In this document: positions 27,093 to 39,700 of the stretch, piece after piece
How positions within the stretch are numbered: the stretch's first letter is position 1
How the letters are laid out: each line of letters begins with the position of its first letter
Source: Amoebophrya sp. A120
Taxonomy: Eukaryota; Protista; Dinoflagellata
NCBI GenBank assembly: GCA_905178155.1
Contig: CAJINV010000004.1
Location: 7,145,146 to 7,209,145, forward strand
Direction of reading: 5' to 3'
Length of the DNA: 64,000 bases
The notes under the pieces: model-generated
What the model was told of the DNA's origin: nothing
Database searches by the model: none
The model's input: only the letters and a program-made list of their open reading frames with translations
Translations under genes and position numbers: made by a program

Positions 27093-29220
27093 TTAAGCCA
27101 GTGTCGCGACGCACGTTTTTAGTGCGTCTGCGACGTCGCTGGATGCGTCTTTGCCCTTCAGCGCTTCGCCCAGGACGCGCTGTGCTGCCCGCCTCTTGCC
27201 GATCAGAGTTGTGTCTGACATCATGAGGCAGAAGCGGTGGGGCGTAGGAATGAAATTCACGGTCTCTTCTCGGCCCTCCACCAGGACGACAGACCTTAAT
27301 GTTTTCGGATTCTTTATTTGTGTAGATCTCGTGCTGCCCGACCGCGCAAATCATAACGTTTTGTCGCTGTTCTTGCGTCTATCATTTCACATACTTCTTA
27401 ATGGATCCCATGCAGGGTACACAACAAGAAATGGAAACTGAAGAAACGAAATCACATAGAAAAGTTTTTGAACTACCCGTCCTGCCCCATTTGCTGGCAT
27501 GCGTCTGCGGCAAATTTCACGACTTCTCCCTGCGATTTCTTCGCGACGCTGGGAATGTTCTGGCCGATCCTGGGCTCTTTCAGGAGCGTGTTGCACGTTT
27601 CAGAAACGAGGACTTGAGAACCTGAAAAACAATTTCAGTGAAGTTTACCAGCATGACAGAAGATAGCGTAGTCGGAAGTGTTTATGACAGATGACAAATG
27701 ACTACAACTTACACCTTAAAGCTAATGTATGTTAAACAGAGTGCCCGACCGATGAAATAAATGAATGTATCTGTATGACTTTTCTACCATCTGCTCTGGT
27801 GAGCTGTATGTCCCATTTCTCGTTGAATTTTCCGAATTTCAGATTCTTCATCCAGCCATCGAGGTTCTCCGCCGTCTATGTTCTGCAAAAGTATCGCACT
27901 CGTATAAATGCATTACAAATTTTCTCAGCATGAGAAATAAAATCTGTAAGTAATGCGGATTTACCTTAACAAAAAGATTTGTAATGCATGATTGCAATAC
28001 CGGTACAATACTTTTGCACAGGATACCGTCAACGCCTCGTCTATTGCCGCGACGCCGTTCTTCTCGCAGAAGTCACATATGGAAGCGTCAGGTTTGAAAT
28101 CGACAAAGTTGAAATGATTTGTCATGCTAAACCGACCGAAACCACTACACAACCTGTAAGGGCACCTCACCGCAGATGGTTCGGCCACCAGGTCGTGGAA
28201 AATCTGCATGATTTGTCATGCATAAAATGGATGCCAGTTGGAACCCAGTTTTCAAGTGGCGCATGACAAATTTTGGTGGTCCCTAAATCCAGTTTGTCAT
28301 GCTGTTTAGGCAAAGAAGACCGATTTTCTCATGCTACTTTAGCAGCTCGAGCTCTAACCTCAAACAGGCTCACAATCGGCCTCACTTGCCTGCTCTGCAA
28401 CGCACGTACCTCGGGTCATGCATTTTATGCATGACAAATCATTTCAACTCCGTCGATTTCAATTCTGACACTTCCATATCACAGGCTTGCACGGTAAGAC
28501 ACCGGAAAAGGTTACCGTTTGACCAGGTGACCGCAGATTTTAACTTTGCTTGGAGCTTCGCTACTGTGGTGCCCTTTCCCGTGCCGGAGAGACCAACCAG
28601 AACCAGGACACAACCTGCAGTTGGCGGTGGAGGTGAAATTCATTTTTGCATTCATGCATGAAAAATTGTAATTTCCTGCTACACGGCGACACTACACACA
28701 CTGCATCACAAGTTGTATTTGATCTGCCTCTATTACTCTTTCTATTTCTATACCTTTATCCGCTCCTTCCCCAATCGCCTTCAATATCTCTTCCGCAACT
28801 ATATCTGCTGACTTTCCCAAAACGTTGATTTGCGTGTACGGGTCTGGTTTCAGCGCCGGCAATACTCCCTTGTCCTGCGCGAATTTTATTCCGGCGGCCA
28901 GCGCGTCGCCGTCTTTCTGGTCGCGGGAAAGAATGTCCGTCATCTCCGCATCGGAGAGCTTTTTGAAGCAGCCATCCTCACAAAGTATGAAATGCAAATT
29001 ATCTTTCCCGTACAAGTACAACATGCATCACAAATTTCATCCATTTGGAGGGAATACTACTTGTCGTGCTAAACTAGGATCGAAGCCAAGTTTTGTCATG
29101 CAGAGACCGCATCTGTACGTGTACGGGAAATTTACTGTGGATACAAAGTAAATCAATCACACAGCTGGTCGCTACGTCGTCCTGAGCGGCGAGCGTGTCC
29201 CAGCTGAGACCCGCAGCCAT
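27093..29220 (-). CDS. Cytidylate-kinase-like P-loop nucleoside monophosphate kinase
   Basis: Reconstructed exons give VLVGLSGTGKGTT (Walker A), WSNGNLFR, NIPSVAKKSQGEVVKF and VEGREETV...KRRAAQR, in CMP-kinase motif order. Could start further upstream (~29583). Confidence 0.72.
27877..28025. mobile_element. Introner-like TIR element, family B (opposite orientation to 21284)
   Basis: TATGTTCTGCAAAAGTATCG...TACTTTTGCACAGGATA, TSD CCGTC. Confidence 0.9.
28078..28478. mobile_element. Introner-like TIR element, family E (401 bp)
   Basis: TATGGAAGCGTCAG...CTGACACTTCCATA, ~50-bp IR, TSD TCACA. Confidence 0.88.
28986..29143. mobile_element. Introner-like TIR element, family C (reverse orientation)
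   Basis: Reverse complement of the 30866 and 49803 elements, TSD CAAAG. Removal gives IDLLC-EDGCF. Confidence 0.88.
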
Positions 29221-30482
29221 AGTGGAAATAAATGTCGCTGAGGGGTAGAAGTGGTGAAGTTCTTTGCTGGGCGACTCGTGGAGATGAGTGGATGCTGTTG
29301 CCCTCGGTGCAGCGCAACAAGTCGCTGACGCTCCAATCCTGGCCGCCTCCTGTGGGCCTTGTCGCTTTGATGGTGCTAGAAGAAGGGATGAGCCAGAGGA
29401 GCAGCGTACGTTGCCTCTTGCAATTTTTGCAACAAGCGGAGATGATAGTGAGCTAGCACATCTGGAACTTGTAGTTCTGTTGCCTACGCTCGAAAAGCTT
29501 CCTCTTTGGATACAACTACGAGTCGAATAACTCAAAGCAGTACTTCTAAAGCGTAAGCATAGGCAGCGATTTTGAAATATCATACGAGCATAGTTGTTTT
29601 TGGTTGTGTGTTGTGAGGCGCCCTGTCATCCCGAGCAAGAGCCACTTTGATTTTACTCTTCAGCCGGTTGGTTTAGCACTTGGCGGTGGTATAGCTCTAG
29701 TTACCACATATCTTTGCTCGTGGTTTAAGTTTGGATCATCTTCACATAAGCAAAAATTATGAGATCGGCTGAAGATCTTCATTTGTGCGCAGAGCTGGAC
29801 CGGCGAAAGAAAGAACATGCGTGAAAAATGAAATTCGACTTCAGCGCAAGATAAGCAGCGCGAGATATTGAATGCAGACGATTTCTTTGTAAAAGTGTGG
29901 CACTTTGACCATAGTCGTAAAACGCTTGCTAGCACTGTAATAAAATTCATTATCATTCGCTATCGGTATCGCCGTGTTCTAAGCTTCTACAAAACAAGCT
30001 TGATTCAAAAGTAGATACAATAGGAAGTCGTAGTGTCGTTTATGATCTTTTCGCAAAATGTAATAGTAGCCATCGGTACTTGTAGTTGTCAATCGATGTT
30101 GCTGTGACAATGTCCTAGAATCCTTGATTTCGGGTTGTAATGTAGTAGCAACGATGAAAATTAGTATTCCCTTGAGCTTTGTTGGGTCACCGTGTGATCA
30201 TCTGGGAATTCCAAATGCCATATTGGTTTATTTCAGGTTGTTTCTTGTTACCAAAAAGGTTGTCTACTGTGCCCTGTGTTTTTTCAATTTCAAAAAAACG
30301 ACGTTGTCATTGTGTCGACTTATAATCTCTTCTTGAAATAACCAGGAGAACCACATAGGGGGCACAAGTAGCTTCGCATTCTTTGAATCGATCGCATTCA
30401 ATTTTGAATCTAGTACAACCTGAGCTGCATCGCGATCGTCGGTTGTATCACCACTATAACAAACAAAAACCTCCCGCGGCCT

Positions 30483-33400
30483 CTATGCTCCCGCCGCGGC
30501 CTCCCCTGCTGGTCCGGCACCTGGGCCACCGGGTCGCGCGCCGACCAGGGTTAAATTGTTGTCCGTCACCCGCTATCAAATGCAAAAATGTCCAGGTCTG
30601 GAACTTTGTGATGCTGACACATGCGTCGCAAACAGACTCCAACACGCAGCTACGCATCAGAAATTTCTGAGTGGTTATGAGAAATCGCGTTTTTGCATTA
30701 CAGAAGGAGGTTGACGCTATCCAACAACATGCATCACAGAGTCTAGGGGCATAAGAGTTCAGCAATACAAATCTCGTATTCATCTTCCAGACCCAGGAGA
30801 CATTTTTGCCTTTGATACTCGCTCCTGCTCGCACGTGCGGTAGAGAATGTCCTCGTATTCTGCGATATCGACAGTAAATTTCCTGTACACGTACAATTGC
30901 GGTTTCTGCATGACAAAACTTGGCTTCGATCCTAGTTTAGCATGACAAGTTTTACACTCCAAATTGGTGTAGTTTGTGATGCATCTTGTACATGTACGGG
31001 AAATTTGTATTGCATATGCGATCATGTCGTGCATGCGCTCCTTGGCCTCGAAGAACATTTCCAATTCGCCGTTTGCCTCCAGGAACTGCCACACGTAGGC
31101 CTTGTGGTAGAAGAGCTTCAGAAATTTTTGGTACGTGCGCATAAACAGTGTCCTCGCCGTATCCTGAGTAAAAACGTCCCCACACCAGAGCTGTAATGCA
31201 GATTTGCAAAGACAAAAAGACTTGTGACGCGCACCCCCCATGAGAGCCATTTCCAATCGTGTTTTGGAATTTGTGATGCTGTGAACAGGATGAGCAGATG
31301 AATCTGTGATGCGGCTGCACTTGCTAACCTGCACTACACTGCATAGCGCAACTTGTCATGCGTGACTCACAAAACTCCTAGGTTTGTGTTGCAAAATCCT
31401 CATCCTGACTCTGGTGTGGGTACGTTTTTACTCAGGATACACCGCGGTGGTGTTCGCGAGTAAAGCGCCCTGACGATCGGATTTCGCCATGAAACCTGAA
31501 GTGAAGTGAAGTGAAGTGAAGATCGCAAGAGCAATGCTCAACTCAGTTCCAGGACAAGGCCAGGTTCTGGAGTCCCCGCCGGACCCGGTCCAGAAACAGT
31601 GAGGGGAGGCGGATATATGATGTGGTGATCACTCCAAAAAAACTCCCCAGACCGTGGACTAGGTAGAATCCCCGGCCTTTTGGCACTGCAGACCGAGAGC
31701 AGTAACAGGAGCACTGTTTACGCCCAGGTGGCAACCGAGCTGCCGGGAGTCCGGGTGGGGGGTCCTCCGGGCGCACACGATGTGAGAAACAACCGAGCGG
31801 CGACGACGCGACGAAACTTCACACACGACAACACGAGGACAGAAGCGAAGAAAACCACAGGACGCGGGGAACCTAAGTCCTAAGCCTAGCTGCTTTAGCA
31901 TATGCGGCCCAGCTATGCAGCACAGGTGGCGCAGCGCCAACTGGAGCCGTTAATTGGGATAACAAACGCTAGCGAATAAGTATTGTACGTGGGCTGCAGT
32001 TCCAAATTCACACCGCTACAAGTACAAGAAAGGAGCTAGCAAAGAAACTTACAAGGATACTATAACTATTGAAGAGACAAAATTCTATGGGAAAGCGAAT
32101 GTAAGTCACAACAGAGAAACAGGAGTAAATCAAAATCAGAGGCGATTATAGGACGCGCCACTGTGTCTGTGCTTGTAGATGTACAGGGCTAGCAAAAAAA
32201 ACCCAAAGAAGAGAAAAGCGCAGCGCTTCGTATGATCCTCTCACCAAACTTCACTGCGTCGAAAGTCGGCCAATCTGCTCGGAGGCACGGCAGCAACTGG
32301 GAGGCGACATCACTGAGCACTCATAGTGATATCTAGCACGGGCGGTCGCTCCGCGACCGCCGGGAGTTGAGCACTCATAGTGATAGTGTGTTACTCATGT
32401 AGGTGGAGTCATACTATTCGGGCGGCAATAAACGGGGAAAACGGGACACAAACAACAACGAACCAACAGCGCTCGCCAAGCGCACAGCTTGATCGGGTGA
32501 GGTAGAACAACTACACAAAACCGCGGCACGCTGGAACAACAACCAGGGGAGACACAAAGCAAAGAATCTCGGAGCCTTTGGAGCCCCGCGCCTGGGAATG
32601 GTTTCAATTTGCCAGACTATGGGCGGGGAGTCTGGGAATGGTTGGTAGTTTGCCAGGCGAAGTGAAATCAGCTATCTAAACAACACAGGGAGAGAACGCC
32701 CTAAAAATAAGCGGTGGTGTTCGCGAGTAAAGCGCCCTGACGATCGGATTTCGCCATGAAGCCTGCGAGTGGGCAGTAGATTGAGTATTTTCGTCATGTC
32801 AACATTACTATCTAAACTGCAGCAGCTGGTCAAAAATGCAGGCGAGGGGTATGTTCGGGGGTATGTTCGGGGGTGTGTCAGGGGTATGCAAATGGCCGTC
32901 AATCACGGGCGGATTACAATTTTTTGGCGAAAAAGCAACAGGCGGGGTATAAACATACCCCAGACACACCCCAGACAGACCCCCGAACACACCCCAGGCA
33001 AAAAGTCCGAACATACCCCAGACACACCCCGGGCAGACTTTCCGACACACCCCGGGCAGACTTTCGGACACACCCCGGACACACTTTGGGACCTCGCCAC
33101 GCGAGATGTGCAATGGCGGGCTCCAGTTTGTCACGCGAGCCGCCACCCTGTCGAGCTTCCCGGGCCCCGTTGGCAAGGCCCAGGGACGAAAGGCGCCCTC
33201 GGTCAGCGCGGGGACCCGGTCCCCGCGTCATGACCTGGGGGCCAGATTTGGGCGCTTCCCGGACACCGTACGGCCCAGGGGCAAAAGCCCTAGGTCAGCG
33301 CGGGGACTCGGTGTCCTCACCGCGGTGGTGTTCGCGAGTAAAGCGCCCTGACGATCGGATTTCGCCATGAAACCTTCTGCGAGTAGGATGTAGGTTCAAT

Positions 33401-35946
33401 ATTTTCATCATGTCATTTGTCATGCGCATCATTTGAAGTGTGTGTAAGTAATAGTGATTCATTCTGTCATGCTGATACAACAACATGATGAGTAAGTAGA
33501 AGGACCTTCCGGCACGTGTGGGGGCTCCGCAACTGCTCCGATTTTGAAGCCACCATGTCCCAACCACGGCAGAAATTTCAAGCCCTCCCGGTGCCCACCG
33601 CTGGGGTTCATGAGCTCCTGAATCGCAGCCGTGCACTCCAACGGTTGAATAGCCAGGTGGATCTGATATTCATATTTGTCATCTTCTGCATGTAGAAATA
33701 TAATGCTGCACGCATGAAGAAGATGTCTTGTATGACAGCACGAACTACATGAACAATCTGTCATGCTACAAAAACTTCATAAAGACAAATTCTCTTACGT
33801 ATCCTTCCGCATCCTCGCTCCCGTCGCCAATCACCTCGGTTAAGTGGTCCTGCAAATCTTCCTTCTTCAATCGGTCGAACCCGCGCATCAAAATCGAGCA
33901 CGCCAAGTACCGGTTCTGTTTCAATTTCCCCGGCCCGATATCCGCGAGGAAGTTCTTTTCCTCGAACAGGTCCGTGATCAATTCCCGCGTCGTGAAATTC
34001 TCGTGCTTTGCCCGGGACGGGTGGCGCACCGTATGCATCGCAAAAGTATCGCACTCGTACAAATGCATTACAAATTTCCTCAGCATGAGAAATGACATTT
34101 GTAATGCTGATTTACCTTAAGAAAAAGATTTGCAATGCATGATTGCAATACGAGTATGATACTTTTCCACAGGATACACCGGCGATAAGGACAAAATCGG
34201 ATAGCGGAACTTCACCTCGGGAACCATATTCGTGACCACTTCGTCCAGACTCGCGTTCAACTGGGTGGCGAACCGCAGCGAGGTGGTCGCGGCAGACACC
34301 ATCTGGGCGATAATCATATGCAACGCAAAAGCATCGCACTTACGTAGTAGTCGCAATCATGCATCACAAATCTCCATTGCTATACCGAGGCGAAACAGCA
34401 TGACAAACCCCATTTCTCATGCTGAGCTAATTTGTGATGCAATTGCTACTAGTACGATAATTTTGCTAAATTTTTGCAATGCATAAATTCGGTTCAAATG
34501 CAAAAACGTCGGGTGCTTCACCTTCAAGTTCTCCCGGCACATGCGGTAGGCGGCTTGGTTATCCAACACCATCGCCAGGTCGACGTTCTCCCGGGTGTAG
34601 GCCGTTGCGAACATGCAGTTGTAGGGCTCGACGACCGAGGACACGTAGTCCTGCGAGGGGTAGACGAGCGGTTGCATGATCACCTTTTTCGCGAACTGCG
34701 CCCGGGTATTGAGAGGAAATCTATTGTTCCCGTACACGTGACGTCCAAATGCTGCTTCTGTGTGACAAAACTTGCCGCGGCCTTCGAGCTTAGTCAGCAT
34801 GACAAGTTTGTTGACATCACTCCAAGCTAGAGAAATTTGTCATGCAGTTTGCACATGTACCGGAATGAATTTGTATTCCATAACGGAGGGTGTCGAGCAC
34901 TTCCACGCCGACACCGGTCCCGGTCCCGCCGCCGAAGGAGTGGAAGACAAAAAACCCCTGTAACGACTGACACTTGTCCACCTCCTTTCGCACGGCATCC
35001 ATCACCGACTCCTTGATTTTGTATTGGTTCGAAGCGGACCGCCCTTCAAAAAAGTTGGACCGTATGGTGAGCAAACGCGTAGTACTAATAGTCGCAGTCA
35101 TGCATTACGAATCTCGTTCTCAGGGTAAATCCGAATGGCAAATTCCATCATTTGTCATGCCGAGCTAATTTGTAATGCACTTACTACTAGCACCACGATG
35201 CAACTATTGCAATTCATAGACCGGCAGTCCTGTTTGTACGCCAGGAGCGAATCTGGGTGGAAGGTTTTCCCGTGCGAGGCATTCAATAAATCGATCCTGG
35301 TTGCGGGGTCGGTATCCATGAACACCGCGCGGGGCACATGCTGGCCAGCGGCGGTCATCCCAGAGAAAAATTTGTAATGCCAAAATAAATACACAGAAGC
35401 ATGCCCCACGCCATGCTGTTGTGGATCATGCGCAACACAGACTTTTTCGTGTATTTATTCTTGCATTACAAATATGACCCTTTTTTCCGTGTGATAGCGG
35501 TTTCGGCGAAAAAGGAGTTGAGCGGGTCATCGGGGAGCGATTCGCCGTGAATCTCTATCAACTGCAAATATGTCTGGGTCTGGAAGAATGCCAGACTTGT
35601 CATGCAGGTTTTCCATGACCCATGAGGTCTGGTATGTAGGACATAGCATGAGAGATTCTGTGAGAGTTCTACGATGCCTATTCTGCATGAGAAATTGCAT
35701 CTCGAAGATTAGGTCACACGTGGACAGCTTTTGGTAATCATGCAACACAAATCTTTCCCATGATTCACATTTAGCATGACAAGTTCCAACCTTCCAGACC
35801 CAGACATATTTGCAGTGCATAATCTCGTCCCGGGTACCATCGGGGAGGATGCCGTGCTCCTCGCACATCAGCTCCCATACCTGCAGACCGACCTGGCAAC
35901 CTGCCTGGCCCAGGTGGACCGTGATGCACTCTTTCACCGGTGGCAT
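30483..35946 (-). CDS. Highly divergent alpha-tubulin-like protein, ~12 introns
   Basis: [35 protein letters not shown] (tubulin signature), [24 protein letters not shown]...SLRF, LANTTAV, FFEAKE...EYE. Confidence 0.85.
30574..30817. mobile_element. Introner-like TIR element, family A
   Basis: TATCAAATGCAAAAATGTCC...TTTGATA, TSD CCCGC/CTCGC. Confidence 0.85.
30866..31016. mobile_element. Introner-like TIR element, family C
   Basis: TATCGACAGTAAATTTCC...GGAAATTTGTATTGCATA, TSD TGCGA. Confidence 0.88.
31160..31439. mobile_element. Introner-like TIR element, family D
   Basis: TATCCTGAGTAAAAACGT...ACGTTTTTACTCAGGATA, TSD CGCCG/CACCG, 280 bp. Confidence 0.9.
31498..33310 (-). mobile_element. 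Nested long-TSD insertions in the tubulin gene, with (GAAGT)n tail
   Basis: Tubulin exon present three times (31440-31497, 32711-32765, 33311-33375). Pentamer tail at 31498-31521. GAACATACCC/GACACACCCC array at ~32845-33085. Confidence 0.7.
34032..34176. mobile_element. Introner-like TIR element, family B
   Basis: TATGCATCGCAAAAG...CTTTTCCACAGGATA, TSD CACCG. Confidence 0.88.
34317..34485. mobile_element. Introner-like TIR element, family B (older)
   Basis: TATGCAACGCAAAA...TTTTGCAATGCATA, degenerate TSD AATCA/AATTC. Removal gives LNRIIAQ. Confidence 0.8.
34707..34882. mobile_element. Introner-like TIR element, family C-like (older)
   Basis: TATTGAG...GTATTCCATA, degenerate TSD CCGGG/ACGGA. 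Removal gives DTLR-AQF. Confidence 0.75.
35063..35218. mobile_element. Introner-like TIR element, family B
   Basis: TATGGTGAGCAA...TTGCAATTCATA, TSD GACCG. Confidence 0.85.
35356..35496. mobile_element. Introner-like TIR element, family F
   Basis: CATCCCAGAGAAAA...TTTTTTCCGTGTGATA, TSD GCGGT. Removal gives [13 protein letters not shown]. Confidence 0.8.
35556..35821. mobile_element. Introner-like TIR element, family A
   Basis: TATCAACTGCAAATATGTCTGGGTCTGGAAG...CTTCCAGACCCAGACATATTTGCAGTGCATA, TSD ATCTC. Confidence 0.9.
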
Positions 35947-36789
35947 TTCTTGTTTTCTACTTATACTTTTACAAGAATTATGGTGTAATCAAGAAGCTCA
36001 AGGTGGAATTCGTAAATTTCTAGGTAGAAGTTTCGAGCACAAGAAGATGAAAGATCTTTCACAAGTACAACACCGAACTGTTTTTCTGAACTGTGCGTGC
36101 TGGCGGTTTTTCCCCGCGCAAGTCGCTTGCGACAAGAGCAAGTAGACAGGGTTGTCTACAGGGAAGATTGATGCTGATGAAATTCTCTCAAAGGAAGAAG
36201 CAGGTCGTTCAAGACAACAAACAAACCAACACGACGGTCGAAATAAAGCACGCCGGCGCAAGACAACGACGAGGAACAAAATTAGAATTACTACGACGTC
36301 GATGTTGAAAGAAAAGCCCAGATGAGTCCTCTCAATTGCTACATCAGATGATTCAGCGTATTCCTTTTCCTGGCTTCACATAAACGAAATTCTACAGGTA
36401 CATTGCAACCCCCAGCGGTCGTGCTCATAATCATGTCTGTCGTGTTTTTGAATCTTGGATTATTTTAATTCGTAAAAAAACCCAGGGGCTGTGTTCAAAT
36501 TGTACAGGTTTGCTATGCGGAAACGACAACAATCCATGTTCGGTGTAAGATTGACTCAAGTTGTGAATTCAAAGAAACATGAAGCAGGCCTTTGCCGATC
36601 GGGCTTGCGCTTGGTGAACTGTATTCTTATTTTTTGGTATCAAGAAGTAGAAATTTTATCAAGGTCAGAGTATTGTTGAAATACGAAAGTTGTAACTTAA
36701 ACTTGTGTTGATCTGGATCTGCTGATGCAGAAGTTTCCAATCGGTCGGTAGTTTTTTCTTCTTTGTACAACGTCGAGCTCCTCCCCTCC

Positions 36790-39700
36790 TCACACCGGGC
36801 ACGGCAATCCGCTGTCCCCCAAGGACACGTCGAAGCGAAACACATCCTGCCCACTGCCCAGAAACACCGTAAAATCTTTCGCGCCGCTCCTCGCTGCGGT
36901 TAGCGCGATGCGGTTGTCGTTTTCTGGTAAGTCTTCCGGATTTTTCATCACATCGGGGTCGACTTCATGCAGCTTCGGAAGTTTGTACTCCGCGAGTTGT
37001 TGGGGTTGTTGGAGCTGTTGGAATTGTTCTAGCTGTGCTGGGGATGAAATGTTGTTCTCACCTGCTCTACTGGTGGACTCCAATTTTTCCGGGTTGCTGG
37101 TTTCCGTGCGTGTAGTTGCCGCAGCAGATGTTGGTACTACTTCAGGTCGTACTGCCGGTGCTGTTTCCGACCTTGAAGTTGTTAAACGCGGTTCCTGCTC
37201 GTGCTCCTTTTTCATCACCTTGCTTTCCTGCTCCGTTGTTGTTGTCGAAGCTGCAACCGATGCTGCAGTAGCTTGCGTCTGACTCGTAGTACCAAGTGCA
37301 AGAACTTCACCTCCTACTCGGGCCGCTGAAGGAACTGGCGCTGGCGCTTCTTCTACTTCGCTACTACTTGTTCCGGCTTTCTCTTGCTCTCCCGAAAGAA
37401 CCCCCATGTTGATCCCGCCGTGTCGTTGCCCCAGCAAAACCCGTATCCTGTGCAAGAGTATCGCACTCGTATACGTATTGCAGTCATGCATTACAAGTCC
37501 TGTTCTTAAGGTAAATCCGCATTACAAATTTTATTTCTCATGCTGAGGAAATTTGTAATGCATTTATACGAGTGCGATGCTTTTGCAAAGCATAACCCGA
37601 TGCTGCAACCGCCAGTCATCCAGAGATTGATAGTTCTTGGACTGTCGTAACAAATCTCCCGCTTGCTGTATCGCAAGAAAAAACTGTTTCACTGTGAACC
37701 TGTGATGCAGAAAATGGAACACAAAACTTTTTGTCTTGCTACACATGCAAGGCATTGGATTTTCCAGCGTGTTTTCCCTTGGGAAGTGCGCATGACAAAT
37801 TTTCAGTGTCATGCGTAACAAACTTGTGATGCAGATCTTGCAAAATCATCACAGTGAAGCAGTTTTTTCGTGGGATATGCTGCTGCGCGTCCTGCAAGCC
37901 CGCCGCAAGCTCGTCCAGGTGCGCTGCTAATCTGCTGGCCTGCTCGCCAGCAGAGCTGAAGGAGGAGGATGAGGTGGTGGAAGCGTTTAGGCTTCCCTTG
38001 TCCTCATTCATGATCGCACTTCTAGCCGTGGTCGCTGCAGTTGCACCTCCTGCTTCAGCCTGCTCCGCTGTTGCAGTGTTTTTTACCTTTACAGCTGCCT
38101 CAGCCGCTGTTGATGGCGCAGCATCGTGTGAAAGAGCTCCCGCCCCGCCCGGTGCGCCGGCTAGTTCCATAGGTTCTTTTCGATCTTTCGCAAGATCCAG
38201 CTCCACTGCCAGTTCGGACTTTGCAGGATGTTGAGCATCAGCTTCTGCGACACCACCGGACTGTGTCTCGTCTCTTGCAGATGAAACAGCTGTACTGGCG
38301 GCAGTTTTCTTCGCTGTTGGCGAAGCAGCTGCCAACGACAACGAGGAAGGTGCTGGTACGGGAGGCGCTGCAGGTACTTCTAACACAGCGGGATTCGTAG
38401 TTTTTGATTTCAACATCAGGGGTCGTTTATCCGGATCTGACTTCACTTCCGAGGGCTTCCCACTGTCCCCAGCGGAAGATGCAGAGATGGAAGGAGAAGA
38501 CGAGGAGATCTGCTTGTCCAGCTGATTCTGGTCCTGTTCTACCACGACTTTCTTGCCACTCTCCGCCTTGGTCGTGGTATCCACTACCTGCAGAAAAAAC
38601 AGGAACGAATTCGTCCCGCCAGCGGGGCTTTCTCCAACGCCCGCAGTAGATTCGCCCTCTCGGGGGGCCGCGGTCGTGGCTTCCTCCTCATCCTCCTTCT
38701 TTGGCTTCCAACGGACCAGCGCGTCGTGCACAGGTATGAAAAAGGTGAAATGGGGTTTCTGACAGTCAACTGGCGCTGCATCACCGTACGTATAGATTGA
38801 TCGCGGAAATATAGGAATCTGATCTGAGAGGAAAAACACAGCCTCTAGTTTGATGGAACCCAAAGAGGGTCTCATCTTTGTTGGCGAATTCATCCCATAC
38901 ACACAAGTCGACATCAATCAGGTACTTCTACTTACATGGTACAACTGTGCGCCAATATCACGGTGACAACGCAAAGTCCCTACTTTTCACCGCTTTGATA
39001 ATCAGCGCTTTCACTTCGCTTGCCGGTGGCGCTGGCGTGGTTGTGGGTTGTGTCAAGTTTGTCCGCAAAAACTTGTACCAAATGCAAAAATGTCTGGGTC
39101 TGGAAGAATGCAAGTTTGTCATGCTTGTCCAGCATGACTCTTGAATCTGTCATGCATGAGCAGGAAAGCAGCCTCTTACCTGTCATGCAAAAACGCAGTT
39201 TTTCATGCGGGAAGCGCAACACGACATAGGAGCTCAGAAACTTGTAATGCGTGGCCGCGTAAGAACCCAGTGCGCCCACTATGCACGAACTAGCAGTTTC
39301 CAGACCCAGACATATTTGCAATACATAACTTGATTTCCGGCACCACCCCGTGCTCCAACGCTTCGGCAACCGGGGTTCCAGGTTCGCAGTCCGTCGAGTG
39401 GTCGACCAGGGTGAATGTGATGAGGTAGATGAACACCTCCCCCCAGGTCTTGAAGCACCCTTTCATCTTCTTGGCAGAAATCTTGCTGCCGCGGAGGAGA
39501 GCGACCTGATCGTGGTCCTGGTTCATCTTGTCTACACCAGCTAGAGTTGTACCTCCCACCTCCGCAGCTGCGGGGTCATTCGCGGTCGTCCCCGCCTTGG
39601 AGGACGTGGTCGTCGACACAGGACTCAACCCAGCGTCCAGGTAGTGGTGTGGCTGGATGGCGACGACGTTTGGATTTGATGTTTCACCAGGGACGTCGGA

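Noticed and set aside
32314-32385. Mini CRISPR (repeat-36 nt spacer-repeat)
   Set aside because: Only two 18-bp repeats, eukaryotic context, no cas genes. The spacer matches an element end at 63431-63460, so a TSD explains it better.
30483-35946. Tubulin and neighbouring genes as fragmented pseudogenes
   Set aside because: Frames restore when elements and introns are removed. No internal exon stops were seen in the parts I translated.
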